Assembly (NCBI GenBank): GCA_037447605.1
Contig: CM074818.1
Location: forward strand, 2,368,617 to 2,432,616
DNA: 64,000 bases
Direction: 5' to 3'
Origin: Zygnema circumcarinatum SAG 698-1b
Lineage: Eukaryota; Plantae; Zygnematophyceae
Shown one piece after another: positions 60,550-64,000 of the stretch (positions are counted from its first letter, which is position 1; the number at the start of each line of letters is the position of its first letter). Under the pieces are notes generated by a model. That model was not told where the DNA came from. It did no database searches and saw only the letters and a list, made by a program, of their open reading frames with translations. The translations under genes and the position numbers were made by a program.

Positions 60550-62007
60550 CTCTCTCCCTCCCTCCCCTCCCCCTCTCTCTCCTCCGTCCCTCGCCTCCCT
60601 CTCCTCCCTCTCCTCCCTCGCCTCTCTCCAGCACAGTATCGGCGGAAGCGGAAAGTCGGTACCCTGAAGGTCGCTGCTGTCCGCACCGCAGCGCGGGGGG
60701 TCCGCTCGCAGACCGGGATGCGCTCCATGGCGTGCCAGCTGGCGTCCAGCGACGGCGTGCAGCTGTCAGTGCGGGAGTGGTTGCCGCAGCCGGGCCCTGC
60801 CCCTGGCGCGCCGCGTGTCCCGGCGGTGTTGGTGCACCAGTACTCTCTGCTGGGAGGCTCTCAGCAGCTCATGAAAGGCCTCGCCTTGGAACTGAATCGA
60901 CATGGCTTCAGGTATGCATGTTTACTTTCTTTTTAGGGCTTTTTCTTATGTTTCTACTTCATTTTTTTTTTTTTTTTTTTTTTTTCGTATATTTCTGGCC
61001 AAAAATGGAGCAATGGATTCTATAGGAGCTAAATTGCAGTCATCCAACTGTAATGCCGATGCGTCCTATTCTATGGCATCCCTCCCTTTGAAGCCTGAAA
61101 CTCCTCCATACTCCTCGAAGGCCCTGAGGAGCCCATTGATGTGTGGATGGGGTTGGGGTATCTCGTCTCTCTCTCTTTCTCTCAATCTCTCTTCTCTCAC
61201 AGCTGCGTGACTTTTGACATGAGAGGGGTGGGGGGCTCCACGGGCCGCGCAACCATCACTGGGCAGGCGGAGGTTCGTGATGTAGAGGCCGTCTGCAGAT
61301 GGGCAGCGCAGAAATATCAGCAAAAAGTTTTGCTCATCGGGTCGTCTGCAGGTGGGTGGAACCTTTTCTAATTTAGCGGCGAACCTCCTGATGGTTAGCG
61401 TAAAGCCGCTATGAAACGAATGCAGAATGCTGATTGCCGAATGCTTTTATTGGAAAGAAGAAACTCAAAAGAGGCATCTAAAACTTAGTGTGCTTTGTGT
61501 AAAGCCTCATCCTTCTTGTGCGCCTCTTATTTTTCTCGGCTGTGAGCAGTTTAGTTAAGGAGGTTGTGTGATCGAGCAAACCTTAACACACCTTTCATCC
61601 CTCTCGTCCTTTCTGCCTCCCTGCCTCCCTGCCTCCCTTCCTCCCTCCCACCAGGAGCTCCAATTGCTGGCTCTGCAGTTGATCATATGGAGGAGGTGAT
61701 GGGCTATGTGGGCATTGGCTACACCTTCGGCTGGTGGTCGTCCATCTTGTTCGGGAGCCACTACAAGGCGATTCTGCGGTCCTCCAAGCCCAAGCTGTTC
61801 ATTATGGGCACAACAGATGGCTTCACAACTGTTAAGCAGTTCAAGGCGAGGATGAGTGAAGCGGGCGGACCCACCAAGTACGAACTCGTCGACAATGTTG
61901 GCCATTTTGAATTGGAGGCTCCGCATTATGACCAGTATTTGGCCGGCAAGATCGCTACTTTTTATGAGGAGGTAACTGCACATCGAGACGATGAGATTAG
62001 TCAATAA
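60355..62007 (+). CDS. Alpha/beta hydrolase (At5g19630-like)
   Basis: VLVHQYSLLGGSQQLMKGLALELNRHGF|RCVTFDMRGVGGSTGRAT..AEVRDVEAVCRW..VLLIGSSA|GAPIAGSAV..GYTFGWWSSILFGSHY..KPKLFIMGTTDGFT..VGHFELE..*. Nucleophile elbow GSSAG, Asp and His are present. The CT tract at 60481-60636 is probably an in-frame intron. Confidence 0.9.
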
Positions 62008-62999
62008 AATGGAATGGATGTCCGTCCTTGAAAGCCGGAAAGTTCCTGAAAGTCCTCGAATTGCCAGCCATTCTTAAGCGCCTGAGCAGCACGCGGCCTC
62101 CTTCGGTGTAGATATGAACAGTTTGCTGGCAGCCCTTTGCATGATCCCTCGCGCATGTACTACGCAAAGCGGTTTTTGTCAGTCAGTTGTCTTTTCTTTG
62201 GACCATGGCACTCGCATTTCACCTCATAGATGTGCTAAGTTCATGACCTTGTAAATCGAGGTTAAGAATTTTGGCACGTGCCGTGTTCTACATGCCGCAC
62301 AATGTACGTAGAATTAAGTGCCAGGAACGACCTAATGCAAGAGGTTGGGTAATGTTGCCTGGACAACTCTGGGAGCAGAGGTCATACCGGCGCAGTGGCT
62401 CTACTTTCACTCGCGCTCAACATGTATAATAGTTCTGGAAGCCTAAACTGTTTGTGATCGTTAAACAGTCGCCAAAATCCTGACGTGAAAGTAAAATGTA
62501 GTTAGAGCCAATTCAGCATCAGCAAATTAAATTCCATCTTAAGACGACCAAAGCTATTTCCCATCTTATTCTCGTTGAATCGAAGTGTGAGAACAACCAG
62601 AATAACAGATTGTTTCAACTTCCTTCGTGGGTCAACATATTTTAGATGTCGTCGACACCCTGACAGTGGCATGGTCTGGGTCTGATGCTTTTCCAGCCAT
62701 ATAACAACGAGGGATCCTGCAAGTCGTCTTTTGCTAATTCCTGCTTCCACGCATTGTAAACATTTTCGTATTTTCCAAACGAAAGACAGCCTTTGCATTT
62801 GCTTGCATCGTTCGTATCTGAAGGCGTTGAACCAAAATGCCATACATTTCCTCACAACTGTACACCCAAGGCCGGATTCGAAAGCAAAGCAACAAACGTG
62901 TCCTGCAGATGCATGGGACACTCACGAGCAGCCTGTGGCCTTAGGCTTCGAGTAGGCATCCACATGGCTTCCTAACCCTGCTTTATGGCCACTTCTCTT

Positions 63000-63910
63000 T
63001 CAAACGGTTCCCGAGGCAGATTCTGAGTCCGGCCCCAATAGCTTGTGCTCTGATGTGGCATTCGACGGCCGGTCCTTTCTCGGCCATTCCGAAGACGGGG
63101 GCGTGCCCTTTAAAGTGGAAAGCACACGGGCCATATCGGGGAGCCTCTCCTGCAACATCAATAAGCGCAGACGCAATATCAGGGGAGGGAGAGAAAAAGA
63201 GAATGGGAAGGAGGGAGGGAGAGAGGGAGAGTGGGTAGGTAGTAGGTGGGTGGTATGTACGTGGGTGGATGAAATGGGGCGTGGGAAACTAACAAGGGCA
63301 GCTATTCCTCCAATTTTGCATCCTATGAGGCACAGCTTCTACGTTCGAGTGGGAATGATAAGATCCTACGGCTCACCTGGAGGAGCAGTAAGTTTGAAGC
63401 CTCGTCCCGCAGTCTCCTCGGCAACCTCGGGACCCCACGACTGCCACTTGACGCATTCCCTCCGTGGCCCGAAGCAGCAGCTCCTGCCTCCTCCTCCGCG
63501 GCTTCAAATGTTTCAGTGGCGGCAGCAGCAGCCATGGCCTGCGCTTCCTCCTTCTCTCTATCAGATGGAGCCAACTCCAGCTGCTCCTTGATAAGCTCAT
63601 ATCGTTTCATTACTTCTTGACGTCTGCACACACAAGTTCATCACATAACAGCCGGCAGCTTAATCATTATGTTCTACTCCATCGAGAATCCACGATAAGC
63701 CTGTCTGCAGCCATTGCTGAAAATAAAAAAAGGGAGGGGATGATGGAAGTCCTACTTGATAGAGAATGAGGAGGGAAAGAAGTTCGGAAAGTAGCGTTGA
63801 AGAAACGAAAAGACAAGTACATGCCCAACAGGCGTAATGGGAGCAATGAGAATGATGGAGAAAGGAATCAACACCAACACATCCTTTGCAGTCCTTCGCA
63901 CTGTTTGAAC
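63000..63910 (-). CDS. LETM1-like domain protein (plastid type); 3' exons only, 5' part beyond the window
   Basis: Exon from 63910: [51 protein letters not shown]|[23 protein letters not shown]|[15 protein letters not shown]. It fits the LETM1-like RRT..D...IP......P.T.VGH......QRY.P..FPS pattern. The first of these exons is absent from the ORF track. Confidence 0.75.
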
Positions 63911-64000
63911 CTGTCAAGCAAGACAAAGCACAGTTTAAATTTCAAGCAACCCTGTCTATTATCACTGGTCGATGGACGCCCAAACGCATAGGAGGATTCC

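Overview
This is a gene-dense, intron-rich eukaryotic window with GT-AG introns, CT/GA microsatellites and two N gaps. The gene set is green-plant type with land-plant-like families and introns, so a streptophyte alga (possibly zygnematophycean) is my inference. Most ORF-track entries are artefacts; the real genes are spliced and I rebuilt them by hand. In order: 3' part of sterol delta-7 reductase (DWF5, +), ASCH-domain protein (+), GH1 beta-glucosidase (+, mostly hidden by a gap), a 61-aa CDT1-like Cys-rich membrane peptide missed by the ORF track (-), DUF1995 plastid protein (-), a divergent and apparently C-terminally truncated BIG-type Sec7 ARF-GEF (-), a VxMPG-motif membrane protein (-), UreG (-), CCCH zinc-finger/RS/coiled-coil protein (+), TBL O-acetyltransferase (-), two-domain glycosyltransferase (-), an apparent FIST + Lon-N fusion (+), a second VxMPG protein (+), cyclophilin CYP37 (-), alpha/beta hydrolase (+) and the 3' part of a LETM1-like gene (-). 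The most notable observations are the FIST-Lon-N fusion, GTAC-cored 5-bp-periodic arrays in GC-rich promoter islands, the CDT1-like peptide, candidate spliced microproteins facing away from promoter islands, the truncated BIG, and a 360-bp (GGGGGA)n intronic tract. I found no supportable rRNA, tRNA, CRISPR array or transposase. All family assignments come from recalled motifs, not database searches.
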